DNA of 64,000 nt from positions 1,128-65,127 of the forward strand of contig JBAZTM010000008.1 of the NCBI GenBank assembly GCA_041661925.1, written 5' to 3'. Under the pieces are notes generated by a model. That model worked only from the letters and a program-made list of their open reading frames with translations, was not told where the DNA came from and made no database searches. Both the position numbers and the translations under genes were made by a program. Source of the DNA: Gemmatimonadaceae bacterium. Its GTDB lineage: Bacteria; Gemmatimonadota; Gemmatimonadetes; Gemmatimonadales; Gemmatimonadaceae. Position 1 is the stretch's first letter, and each line of letters begins with the position of its first letter. This document shows positions 29,287 through 38,553 of the stretch, piece by piece.

Positions 29287-30572
29287 CGACGCTCACCCGA
29301 TACCTCCTCCGGGCGCATGTCGGCCCGTTCGCCTTCGCGTTTGCAGCCGTCACCGGCCTGCTCTTTCTCACGGCCGTCGCGCAGCGCTTCCAGGAACTGG
29401 CGGGCAAGGGAGTCGGACTGGCGGTCATCCTGGAACTCATGCTCCTCTCGCTGCCGCATGTGGTGACGCTCGCTGTTCCCATGGCTCTCTTTGCGGCTAC
29501 GCTGTACGTCTTCGCCGACCTGTCCCAGAACAGCGAACTGACCGCGATGGCAGCGGGCGGCGTGCATCCGGCGCGCCTGCTTGCCCCGCTCCTCGTCGCG
29601 GGGATCACCCTATCGCTCCTGATGGTCGTTTTTAATGATCGGATCCTGGCCGGGGCGAACGCGCGCTTTCAGGACCGGCTGGAGGACGTGGCCAGGACGA
29701 ATCCGGCGCTGCGGCTGCGGGCGGGCGTGATGAACACGCTTCGCGCTACCGACGGCTCGCTCCGCTACGTCCTCGTGCGGTCCACGGCGGCACATGGGAA
29801 CACCCTGCGTGGGGTCACTATCGCCGACTTCAGCCGACCCAATCGGCCTCGGTTCGTGACTGCCGACAGTGGTTCGGTCGCGCGGCAGCCAAACCGCCGC
29901 GACATCCTCATCCGACTTGCGGCCGGACAATTCGCGAGCCCTTTCATGGACCGGCCGGGGACGCTGCAGTTGGTCGAGTTTCAGAGCTACCTCGTGATCC
30001 TGCGTGGCCTCGCGGCGGGCGTGGAACGGGGCACGCGCGTCGGGGCGCGCGATGAGCGGGAACTCTCGATCGCCACGCTCCGCGGGAGGATTCGTGAGGC
30101 GCAGGACACCGCGCGAGCCTCCGCGTCAGGAGACGCGCGCGAGGCGTCGGCGGCCACCGCGCGAGCGCGCCGGTCCGTCGTCATCCGGAGTCGCGCCGAG
30201 CTGCATCGGCGCTATGCGACGGCTTTCGCCTGCGCCGTGTTCGTGCTTCTGGCCGCGCCGCTGGGCATTCGGTTCGCTCACGGCGGGATCGGCGCGATCA
30301 TCGCCCTCTCGGTGGCCGTCCTCTTCTTCTTCCGTGTGGGCATCATCTGGGGAGACCGTCTCTCGGATGCCGGGAGGCTCGATCCGATCGTTGGTAGTTG
30401 GACAACCGTCGGCGTGCTCCTCCTGACCGCCCTGCTGTTCCTGCGAGGTCTTGGCGGTGCTGTCTCCAACGCTCAGCGCGCACCGGAGGCAAATCGCTCG
30501 CCGCGCGGGTCACACGCGCGCCGCCGGACCCGCGTGCAGGGACGCCGAGATGGGCGAGGACTCGGAGCGTGA
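29283..30572 (+). CDS. lptF: LPS export ABC permease LptF (YjgP/YjgQ family)
   Basis: N-terminal TRYLLRAHVGPFAFAF...SELTAMAAGGV is typical of LptF/G. Contains a periplasmic beta-jellyroll insert. Confidence 0.85.
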   Translation: MTTLTRYLLRAHVGPFAFAFAAVTGLLFLTAVAQRFQELAGKGVGLAVILELMLLSLPHVVTLAVPMALFAATLYVFADLSQNSELTAMAAGGVHPARLLAPLLVAGITLSLLMVVFNDRILAGANARFQDRLEDVARTNPALRLRAGVMNTLRATDGSLRYVLVRSTAAHGNTLRGVTIADFSRPNRPRFVTADSGSVARQPNRRDILIRLAAGQFASPFMDRPGTLQLVEFQSYLVILRGLAAGVERGTRVGARDERELSIATLRGRIREAQDTARASASGDAREASAATARARRSVVIRSRAELHRRYATAFACAVFVLLAAPLGIRFAHGGIGAIIALSVAVLFFFRVGIIWGDRLSDAGRLDPIVGSWTTVGVLLLTALLFLRGLGGAVSNAQRAPEANRSPRGSHARRRTRVQGRRDGRGLGA

Positions 30573-31654
30573 TGAGACTGCGCATTCTCGACCGGTATCT
30601 CGTCGGCGCGTTCCTTCGGATCTTCGGTCTCACCGCGCTCAGCGCGCCGCTCCTGTTCATCCTAGCCGATCTCACAGGACGACTTGACGTCGAACTTGCT
30701 CGGGGGATGACGGCGGGAGACATGCTGCGATGGTATCAGGGGCAGTTCCCGATCTACCTGATCTGGGCCTTCCCCATCGCCGCGCTGGTGGCGACGCTGT
30801 TCACGCTTCAACCCCTCGCACGGCACGGGGAGATCCACGCGATGCTGGCGAGCGGAATTCGCATTCATCGGCTGTTCGCCCCTCTCCTGCTCGGTGGTGC
30901 AGTCGCTTCGCTCCTCGGACTCGTCCTCCTCGAGACGACTCCAAGGCTCGCACGCGATGCGTCGGCAGGACCGCGGGAGTCGGGGCGCGGGCGCGCCGAG
31001 CGCGTCGCCTTCGCGTACCTCACCGATGCGGGGGAGCTCCTCAGCGTCCAGCGGCTCGAGGTGGGAGCGCAGGGACGGATGTACGATCTCGTGCTCCGAT
31101 CAGCGAGCGCGAAGACGGCAGGAGCCGTGCAGTACATCGTCGCGAAGGAGGCGCGCTGGATCGAGGGGCGAGGGTGGGTGCTGCGGGACGGCCAACTCTG
31201 GAACATCGCCGCCGATGGCAATCCGGTGTGGACCTCCTTCGCGCAGCTGTCGCACCCCGCCCTCACCGAGCGACCGAGCGATCTCCTCGACGCGCCCCAG
31301 GTGGACCTCGCCGCCATGACGTTCGGCGACCTCGGACGCCTTGCCGAACGCATGGAGCGCTCCGGAGCGTCCACGGCGTTCCCGCGCACCACGCAATGGG
31401 AGCGGGTGACCATTCCATTGACCACGCTCGCGATCATCATGTTCGCGGCGCCGCTTGCGACCCGCGCGGGACGCGGGGAAGGGGAGCTGGGACTCGCACT
31501 CGCCCTCGTGCTGACCATCCTCTATCTCGCCGTGCTCCGCACCGCGGAAAGTCTTGGCTTCGCGGGACTCTTGCATCCGGGCCTCGCCGCCTCCCTTCCC
31601 GCACTGCTCTTCGGCGCGGGCGGCTGCTTCTTGCTGCGTCGTGCGCACACCTGA
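30572..31654 (+). CDS. lptG: LPS export ABC permease LptG
   Basis: MRLRILDRYLVGAFLRIFGL...GEIHAMLASGI. Its ATG overlaps the lptF stop by 1 nt (TGATG). Confidence 0.85.
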   Translation: MRLRILDRYLVGAFLRIFGLTALSAPLLFILADLTGRLDVELARGMTAGDMLRWYQGQFPIYLIWAFPIAALVATLFTLQPLARHGEIHAMLASGIRIHRLFAPLLLGGAVASLLGLVLLETTPRLARDASAGPRESGRGRAERVAFAYLTDAGELLSVQRLEVGAQGRMYDLVLRSASAKTAGAVQYIVAKEARWIEGRGWVLRDGQLWNIAADGNPVWTSFAQLSHPALTERPSDLLDAPQVDLAAMTFGDLGRLAERMERSGASTAFPRTTQWERVTIPLTTLAIIMFAAPLATRAGRGEGELGLALALVLTILYLAVLRTAESLGFAGLLHPGLAASLPALLFGAGGCFLLRRAHT

Positions 31655-31744
31655 AGTGCGAATCACCGCCTCGGGAGGACTTGATGCGGCGTCGCCGCGG
31701 CAACTCTGCGTCGTGATGCCTCGCGCATTTCCGGACGGTCAGCC

Positions 31745-33421
31745 ATGAGGCGCTTCGTCTACCTCTTCCAGGTTGAACAGGACCTGCCGGAGCATCTCGC
31801 GGAGGCCGAAGGTCCCGACAGCGAGGTGCGGTTCCTGTCGTATCGCGCGCGATCGGCCGACCGGCGAGCGCTGTACTATCCCTCGTCTTCGTGGACGCAG
31901 GGACGAAACCGCCTGCTCCGCGAGGTCGTAGACGGCGACTGGCTGTACTACGTGTTCGGCGATGCCGACGTCCACCTCGAAATCATCGGACGCAATGCGG
32001 AGCGCCAGAACCCATGGCGTGCGTTCGAGGAGTTTCTCCTCGCCCACGAGCCGGCTGTGGGAACGCCGGCGTACGCGTGGCACCTCTCGGGTCAGTGGGA
32101 TCTGACGCAGGAGACGCGAACGCTGCGTTTCTTCGACCCAGTGCTGAATGCGTTCCACCGAGAGGCGCTGCGCACGCTCCTGCCGTACTACGACCTCCTG
32201 GACGAGGAGTGCGCGGACTACTCGGGGAGCATCGTCTGCAGCCTCGCCGCCGACCTCTATGCGGGGCACGTGCTGCAGTCCAACCGCGTGCGGGTGTTGA
32301 ATCCGATCAGCCAGCGGGCGTACACGGAACGTCTGATGACGAAGCCCGAGACGCTCTACCTGGATGCAGTGCCGGATCCCAAGGACCGAGCATCGTACCG
32401 TCGGCAGCCGGAATGGAGCCAGTTGCCCCATCCTGACATGGGCGCGCCTTGTCGAAAGACGGCCTCGTACCGAAGGACGACCGAGGAACTTGCGCTGCGC
32501 TATCGGCTGGATCACCCGCTTTGGGTTCGCAAGTGCGAGTTACTGGCGATGCCGCTGGCGCACGAGTTCTACGGCGAAGGCCCGGCCAGCGCCCGTGCAC
32601 AACGGTGGCGAGCGCACGGCGCAGCAGCTGTGCCGGTGCGGGCGATGGGTGGCCTGCGGAAGCTCTGGCTGCGCACGCACGCGCTGCGAGTGCGCCTCGG
32701 ATTGGTCCGGACATCCGGACTGTTCCTGCTCGTTTACCGCATCCGGAACGTTCGGCACTCACTGCGCACCCGGCTGCAGCGTTGGCGGCGCCGGCTCCGT
32801 CGGCCGAACGAGCACGCGTTGTGGAACGCCTGGCGGACGGCCGGGCGCGCGCTCGCGGAACTCCCGGCCGGCGGTCCGGACGCCATCGATCTCATCGGTC
32901 ACGCGCTAGACCAACTGGACGATCCCGAGGTGATCTTCGTGGATGTGGGAACCGGTCGCGGCGAGGCACTCGGCCGCATTCAAGACGGCGTCTCGCAACG
33001 CAAGCGTGTGATCTCCATCGGCGTGGACCCCGTCCAGACGCGCGGCTTCACGTGGTACACGGGTTTCGTGCTGGGAACGGTAACGGATGGTGAGATGACG
33101 CTCGCGGCCATCCTCCGGCAGTACGGACTCGTCGGCCGGGTGCTGCATTGGGTGCGCATCAATCACGACGATCCCGTCACGGTCTGTCGTACACTCGGTC
33201 AGCAGTTGCAGCGCTGCCTGTTCCTCACGGTGCGATGCGCCGAAGGCGCGGCGGGTTCCGCCGCGGCCGCGGGCGCATCATGGCCGGAAGTCCGGGACAC
33301 GCTTGCGACCGATGGCTTCCGCGTGGTCGCTGTCATCGGTGGTGATTCCACGCAGCACGTGGAGGCCACGCTCATCAACGCTTCGCTCGCACAGACTCTT
33401 CTTCCCACCATCGCGTCATGA
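31745..33421 (+). CDS. Two-domain protein: uncharacterised N-terminal domain (paralogue of 38554..40443) plus a degenerate FkbM-like C-terminal domain
   Basis: The N-terminal ~210 aa align with the paralogue along their whole length (FxYLFQVEQDLP, YYPSSSWTQGRNRLL, FGDxDxxLE, NPWRxFExFLL, LRFFDxxLNAFHRE, LLPYYDLLDEE, CSLAADLYAGHV). The C-terminus has FVDVGTGRGE, but the KIDxxG block is lost (VRINHDD). Confidence 0.8.
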   Translation: MRRFVYLFQVEQDLPEHLAEAEGPDSEVRFLSYRARSADRRALYYPSSSWTQGRNRLLREVVDGDWLYYVFGDADVHLEIIGRNAERQNPWRAFEEFLLAHEPAVGTPAYAWHLSGQWDLTQETRTLRFFDPVLNAFHREALRTLLPYYDLLDEECADYSGSIVCSLAADLYAGHVLQSNRVRVLNPISQRAYTERLMTKPETLYLDAVPDPKDRASYRRQPEWSQLPHPDMGAPCRKTASYRRTTEELALRYRLDHPLWVRKCELLAMPLAHEFYGEGPASARAQRWRAHGAAAVPVRAMGGLRKLWLRTHALRVRLGLVRTSGLFLLVYRIRNVRHSLRTRLQRWRRRLRRPNEHALWNAWRTAGRALAELPAGGPDAIDLIGHALDQLDDPEVIFVDVGTGRGEALGRIQDGVSQRKRVISIGVDPVQTRGFTWYTGFVLGTVTDGEMTLAAILRQYGLVGRVLHWVRINHDDPVTVCRTLGQQLQRCLFLTVRCAEGAAGSAAAAGASWPEVRDTLATDGFRVVAVIGGDSTQHVEATLINASLAQTLLPTIAS

Positions 33422-34413
33422 AGCCCTCGCCATTCGTCGTCATCACGTCCATCGCGCCGCCCACCGACGCCGTGCGGGCGTTCGCCGAGCGCGTGGGGGA
33501 CCAGCTCATCGTGGTGGGTGACCGGAAGACGCCACCGGACTGGTCGTTGCCTCCCGTAGAGTATGTCGGCATTTCCGGGCAGGAGTCGGGCGGACGGCTC
33601 GGCACCCTGCTCCCATGGAACCATTACTGTCGCAAGATGCTCGGCTATCTCCGCGCCGCGCAGCGCGGCGCCGAGGCCATCTACGACACCGACGACGACA
33701 ACACACCAAAGCCGGCGTGGGGGATTCCGTTGTTCGAGGGTGCGTGGCAGACCAGCGCCGCCGCCCTCGGTTGGGTGAACGTGTATCGCTGGTTCACCGA
33801 CGCGCACATCTGGCCACGCGGCTTTCCATTGCGTGCCATCACCGATCCGCGTGCCGTGGTGTCGACGGACCAGACGTCGGTCTCCGCGGCACGCGTTGGC
33901 GTGTGGCAGGCCATGGCCGACGGCGATCCGGACGTGGACGCCATCTATCGATTGGTGGACGGGCGCGCATGCTTCTTCCGGGATCGCGAGCCACTTGTGT
34001 TGGGTGAAGGCACGCTTTGTCCGTTCAACTCGCAGGCGACCGCGTTCCAGCGGGCGTGCTTCCCGCTGCTCTACCTCCCGGCGAGCGTCTCGTCGCGCGT
34101 GACCGACATCCTGCGCGGTCTCGTGGCCCAACCCGTGCTCTGGGCCGCGGGGATGCGCCTCGGCTTTACCACGGCCACCGTAGTGCAGGACCGGAACCCG
34201 CACGATCTGCTGCGCGACTTCGAGGCGGAACTCCCGCTCTACCTGCGCGCCGAGGAAATCGTGGATACCGTCATCGGGGCCGTTCGCGGCGGGGCAACGC
34301 TCGAGGCAAATCTCATCGCCGCCTACTCGGCCCTGGAGCGCACGGGAGTCGTAGACGCCACAGAACCGCCTCGCGTGGAGGCTTGGCTGCACGATCTTGC
34401 CGCGTCCACATGA
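33418..34413 (+). CDS. STELLO/DUF288-like glycosyltransferase
   Basis: VVITSIAPPTDAV...VVGDRKTPPDW...LPWNHYCRKMLGYLRAAQRGAEAIYDTDDDN matches my memory of the STELLO (PF03385) N-terminal pattern. Its ATG overlaps the upstream stop (ATGA). Confidence 0.65.
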   Translation: MKPSPFVVITSIAPPTDAVRAFAERVGDQLIVVGDRKTPPDWSLPPVEYVGISGQESGGRLGTLLPWNHYCRKMLGYLRAAQRGAEAIYDTDDDNTPKPAWGIPLFEGAWQTSAAALGWVNVYRWFTDAHIWPRGFPLRAITDPRAVVSTDQTSVSAARVGVWQAMADGDPDVDAIYRLVDGRACFFRDREPLVLGEGTLCPFNSQATAFQRACFPLLYLPASVSSRVTDILRGLVAQPVLWAAGMRLGFTTATVVQDRNPHDLLRDFEAELPLYLRAEEIVDTVIGAVRGGATLEANLIAAYSALERTGVVDATEPPRVEAWLHDLAAST

Positions 34414-34442
34414 CTGCGCTTTGTCGGAGCGGAGACCGCGCT

Positions 34443-35294
34443 CTAATGCCGACCCTGTGCGATGAGAATGAACCGAGGGCATTCGGCGGCCACCGTCTCG
34501 AGAGGCCGCGGATCAATGCCCGCGTCGTTCACACTGGCGCGCCGGTAGTCGCTGTCCGGGAACGCCGCCAGCAGCTCCGTGACTGACGACGAGTAGCGTG
34601 CCAGCCACGGTCCGTGCACCTCAACCAGCACATCGACCGTTCCGGCGGCCAGCGTGGCCGTGGCGCCGCGAAACGCGGCGCCCTCGTATCCCTCGACATC
34701 CATGTAGATGACATCGGGCGCACCGTACTCCGCCGAGAGGGCATCGATGGTCAGCGCCGGCACGGCACTGCCACGGGCTCGCGCAGTCTGGATCGCGCCC
34801 GTCGTCGCGTCGTGCGTCAGGGTGCCAGCGACTGCACCCGCCGCCGCATGGCGGACGATCATCTGATCAATTCCGTTGGCGGACCGATTGACCTCGGCGA
34901 GCCCGGCATGGAACGCGTCCGCCTCGACGGCGATCACCCGGCCCGTGCGTCCCACCTCGCGAGCGAGAATCATGGCGACCACGCCTTGGTGCGCCCCGAT
35001 GTTGAACACCGTCGCTCCGGGGCGCAGCCTGCCGCTGCGCAGGATGGAAAGCTCAGGCATCGTCCAATCCTGATCATACCAACTCGATCCGACGCGGTCC
35101 CCGAGCAGCACCCGTAGCGGGTGGCCGGCGTACGTATGCTCCACCCACCGACGCGCGAACGTTCTCCGCTCCAGGGCGAGTTTGGCGATCTGCAGCCAAC
35201 GCCACCAAGCCGGGGGCAGCGAACGTCGCAACGCCTCCTTGGCAACCTGGTCGAGGTGTTGGTGCTGAGACAGCAAGGAGGCCTCCCTCATCAC
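34443..35294 (-). CDS. FkbM family methyltransferase
   Basis: VFNIGAHQGVVAM, VIAVEAD, and IYMDVEGYEGAAFRGA. Confidence 0.8.
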   Translation of the reverse strand: MMREASLLSQHQHLDQVAKEALRRSLPPAWWRWLQIAKLALERRTFARRWVEHTYAGHPLRVLLGDRVGSSWYDQDWTMPELSILRSGRLRPGATVFNIGAHQGVVAMILAREVGRTGRVIAVEADAFHAGLAEVNRSANGIDQMIVRHAAAGAVAGTLTHDATTGAIQTARARGSAVPALTIDALSAEYGAPDVIYMDVEGYEGAAFRGATATLAAGTVDVLVEVHGPWLARYSSSVTELLAAFPDSDYRRASVNDAGIDPRPLETVAAECPRFILIAQGRH

Positions 35295-35513
35295 GCGCGG
35301 CGTCGAATGCCGCTCCGATCAGCCGACGGGAAGCGTAGGAATCGATCATGGTGGGGGCAAGGGCTGGTTGCTTGCACGAGAGTTGGCCCCGGCCTACCTT
35401 GCCGCGCACGCCGGCAGGCGTGCGACCTGTCGGTTCCTTACCAACAACGGGCCGGACGGTCGCTTCTCTTCCGCTCTGTCCGTGTATTGGCGGACAGCCT
35501 CTCGAGTCACCGG

Positions 35514-36455
35514 ATGCGCACGATCTCACTTACCAAAGCGCTTCGCGCGTTGCGCCGCAACGCGATGCTCCATGGCCTGGCGCGGCTCGGTGAGCGCCGG
35601 AGGCGCATCCTGGCGTGGAGGGTGATGCAGGCTGCGGGCGTCAGCGAAGTCACGTTCACGCGTGATGGCCTGACGTGGCGTGTGCCTGCGGGCGACTCGC
35701 ATATCGGCTTCGGACTGTTCGTGGAAGGCGGCTTCGCGCAAGGCGCTATCGAGGTACTGCTGGCTTGGTTGCAGGCGCAGGGGCGCGCGCCCGGCCCGGA
35801 GGATGTGATCGTCGATATCGGCGCGAACATCGGCACGACGTGCATTCCGATGGTTCGCGCCTGCGGTTGCCGCGCCGTCGCGGTCGAGCCGATGCCCGAG
35901 ATCGTGGCGAGGCTTCGCGACAACGTCGATCGCAACGGGATGGCCGATCGTATCGTGCTGGTTGAGGCGGCCATCGCACGTACTGCAGGTCGAGTGGTCA
36001 TGCAAGCGGGCCATGACATCGGCGCGGCGACCGTGGTGCCGCCGCTGCATGCTGCGGCCATCAACCGCGGTGACCTGGCGGACGTCGTCGGAATGCCACT
36101 CTCCGAGCTACTGACTCGTGCTGGCGTACATCCATCCGAGGTGGCGCTCGTGTGGGCCGATGCACAGGGCTCTGAATCGGACGTCATCGAAACCGGCGAG
36201 GCACTCTGGGCACGCGGCGTGCCCCTCTGGGCGGAGTTCGAACCCGGCCTGCTGGCGCAGCATGGCGGTGTGGAGGCTTTCTTTGCGGCAACGCGCCGGC
36301 ATTTCGATCGTTTCATTGAGGCGCCGCGCCTGTTGCGCGACGGGCCGAGTGCCGCGCCGCACGACATCGCGCGACTCCCAGCGGTGCTCGCAGGCGTGCC
36401 GATTCAGACGGACGTCCTGCTGCTGTCGCCCTCGCTCAGCGCGCGCCTGCCCTGA
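35514..36455 (+). CDS. FkbM family methyltransferase
   Basis: VVDIGANIGTT, AVAVEPMPE, and VWADAQGSESDVI. The start is set at MRTISL (ATG 35514); the upstream part of ORF 35121 is antisense to the previous gene. Confidence 0.8.
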   Translation: MRTISLTKALRALRRNAMLHGLARLGERRRRILAWRVMQAAGVSEVTFTRDGLTWRVPAGDSHIGFGLFVEGGFAQGAIEVLLAWLQAQGRAPGPEDVIVDIGANIGTTCIPMVRACGCRAVAVEPMPEIVARLRDNVDRNGMADRIVLVEAAIARTAGRVVMQAGHDIGAATVVPPLHAAAINRGDLADVVGMPLSELLTRAGVHPSEVALVWADAQGSESDVIETGEALWARGVPLWAEFEPGLLAQHGGVEAFFAATRRHFDRFIEAPRLLRDGPSAAPHDIARLPAVLAGVPIQTDVLLLSPSLSARLP

Positions 36456-36551
36456 CGGCGTGTGCCGCCCTCGAGGCGGCGTCCGGCGGCGTGCGGCGGC
36501 GTCCGGCGGCATCCGGTGGCGTGCGGACCCGCGCAGAATGCGGTCCCACGG

Positions 36552-37427
36552 CTACCCAGTGATCGGCGACCGCTCGCGGAGCGGGTGGCCGTAGCCTCGC
36601 GAGTAGCGCGGTGGAGCGTAGAGAAACGACGCTCCACGCGAATGATCGGGAAAGCGATCGTCCACGAGGTCCGCCCGGACGAAGTAGGCGTTCACCCCAT
36701 TGGAGGAACAACCAACCAGCAGGTGGCCGGAACGAGCGCCGAGCTTGGCCAGCGACGAGAGCGAGGCGCTAAAGTACGCGGTGCCGCGCCAGCAGTGGTC
36801 TGGGGCATACGGCATAACCCACTCTCGCGGTGGGCGCCAGCGCGCGTTGTACTCGATCACCGTCACCCGGGGCTGGTAGGCGCTCAGGATGCGTTCCCAG
36901 ACCCAGTAATCATTCCCGTCGATGTCAATGACGAGCAGGTCGGGTGACTGCGGAACGCCGGCCGCCTCGAGCACCGAGAGCACATTCTCCGCGGTGACGC
37001 ACCTCGGGAGGATCCGCACGCCGGGGAGGTGCCGGTACAGTTGCCGCGCGTGGTCAGCCGCCGTCTCGTCCGCTTCGACCAGCACGCCGCACCATTGGTG
37101 ATGCTGCAGGAGATTTCGCGTGCAACACTCGCGGCCGTCTCCGATGCCCAACTCGACGGAGAAGCGATTGCCGTCGCCGATCCGCGTGAAGATCTCCGCA
37201 ATCGCGCCATCTTCGCCGTCCTGCGAGTAGACTCGCCGTTCGAAGCGCGAAAGCGCCGTGGGCGTCTGTCGCCGCTTCCACCGCTCCACCTCGACCAGGC
37301 GCCGTGGCGTATGAACCGCGACGTCGATCGCCCACGCCAGCGAAGCGAATCGGGCGAGGTGCCACTCCATTCGTTCAAGGAGCGTGGGCCGAGGCCATTG
37401 GCTGATCGGGGGCGTTGGTCCTGCCAT
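36552..37427 (-). CDS. FkbM-like SAM-dependent methyltransferase
   Basis: YSQDGEDGAIAEIF...VELGIGDG...VLVEAD...LLVIDIDGNDYWV. ATG 37427 is preceded by GGGAGAG. Confidence 0.65.
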   Translation of the reverse strand: MAGPTPPISQWPRPTLLERMEWHLARFASLAWAIDVAVHTPRRLVEVERWKRRQTPTALSRFERRVYSQDGEDGAIAEIFTRIGDGNRFSVELGIGDGRECCTRNLLQHHQWCGVLVEADETAADHARQLYRHLPGVRILPRCVTAENVLSVLEAAGVPQSPDLLVIDIDGNDYWVWERILSAYQPRVTVIEYNARWRPPREWVMPYAPDHCWRGTAYFSASLSSLAKLGARSGHLLVGCSSNGVNAYFVRADLVDDRFPDHSRGASFLYAPPRYSRGYGHPLRERSPITG

Positions 37428-37705
37428 GCTCTCCCTCTGAGGGTCCTGTCGGCGAAGCGCTGGTCGCGCCGGGGCTTCCACACGCGCATCGCAAAAAGCT
37501 ACGCTTCAGTACGGTCCGGGATAGTCACCGATGCGGGCCACCCGAGGCTGGTTCACGGCAAGACCCGGCCCTATGATTCGCTCGGTTCACCACGCGATAT
37601 GACCAACCCTGCGCGCGCAGATCACATTCGACGACGTCATCGCCGTGCGCCCGTTCTGCGCAGGCGCGGGCAGAATCGCGCCCATCCCGCTGCGAGGCCC
37701 GCCCG

Positions 37706-38518
37706 ATGACGGGCTTTCCTCCGGTGTTTGTCATCAGCCTGTCGCGGTCCGTCGAACGACGGGCTCACATCTCTCGTCAGCTTTCCGCTCTCGGCGTGTC
37801 GTGGGAGTTCGTTGATGCCGTCGACGGGTTGGAACTTGCGGCCGAAGAACTGGATCGCGTCGTGGGTGCGTCGAACTTGGAGGTCCTCCCCGGGGTCTGG
37901 CGGCGCCTCACGCGAGGGGAGATCGGGTGCGCGCTAAGCCATCAGCGTTGCTACCGACTGATTCTCGCGCGTGACCTGCCGATGGCCTTCGTCTTTGAAG
38001 ATGACGTGGACGTCAGGTCGAGCTTCGTCGAGGTCGCGAATGCACTCGCGCGCTTCCCGGTGAACTGGGAACTGGTGCTCTTTGCGCATCACTCGGCGCG
38101 AAACGGGCCACGCGCGGGCGCCGAGACGACCTGGTACGGCGCGACCGTGCACCCGGAGCATCGCGTGCGGCGCGTGGTGGAGTTTGCCATGGGGGCGATG
38201 GCCTACCTCGTCTCCCGCGCGGGGGCACGCAAGCTCCTCACCTACGGCACGCCCGTGCGGATGCCGGCCGATTGGGTGACAGGATACGCGCCCAGTGCCG
38301 GCGTGCGGCTGCATGCCGTCACGCCGCCCGTGGTCACACCCTCCACGGCGCTGTCCCACGGCACCACGCTTCCTGATCGCGAGGCCTCGTGGGAAGCTGG
38401 GCCCGACGTTCGTCGTCAGCCGCCCATCGCGGCGGGGCTCCGCTCGTGGGGCGGCACCGGGCTGCTGTGGCTCCGGAAGGCCGGTGTGTGGCCCAGTGCG
38501 TACTCCCGGCGCTACTGA
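37706..38518 (+). CDS. GT25 family LPS/LOS glycosyltransferase
   Basis: VFVISLSRSVERRAHISRQL...FVDAVDG...GEIGCALSH...FEDDV. Confidence 0.85.
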   Translation: MTGFPPVFVISLSRSVERRAHISRQLSALGVSWEFVDAVDGLELAAEELDRVVGASNLEVLPGVWRRLTRGEIGCALSHQRCYRLILARDLPMAFVFEDDVDVRSSFVEVANALARFPVNWELVLFAHHSARNGPRAGAETTWYGATVHPEHRVRRVVEFAMGAMAYLVSRAGARKLLTYGTPVRMPADWVTGYAPSAGVRLHAVTPPVVTPSTALSHGTTLPDREASWEAGPDVRRQPPIAAGLRSWGGTGLLWLRKAGVWPSAYSRRY

Positions 38519-38553
38519 GCGATGCGTCCCAGCGAACTCACGCCCGGCCGGTC

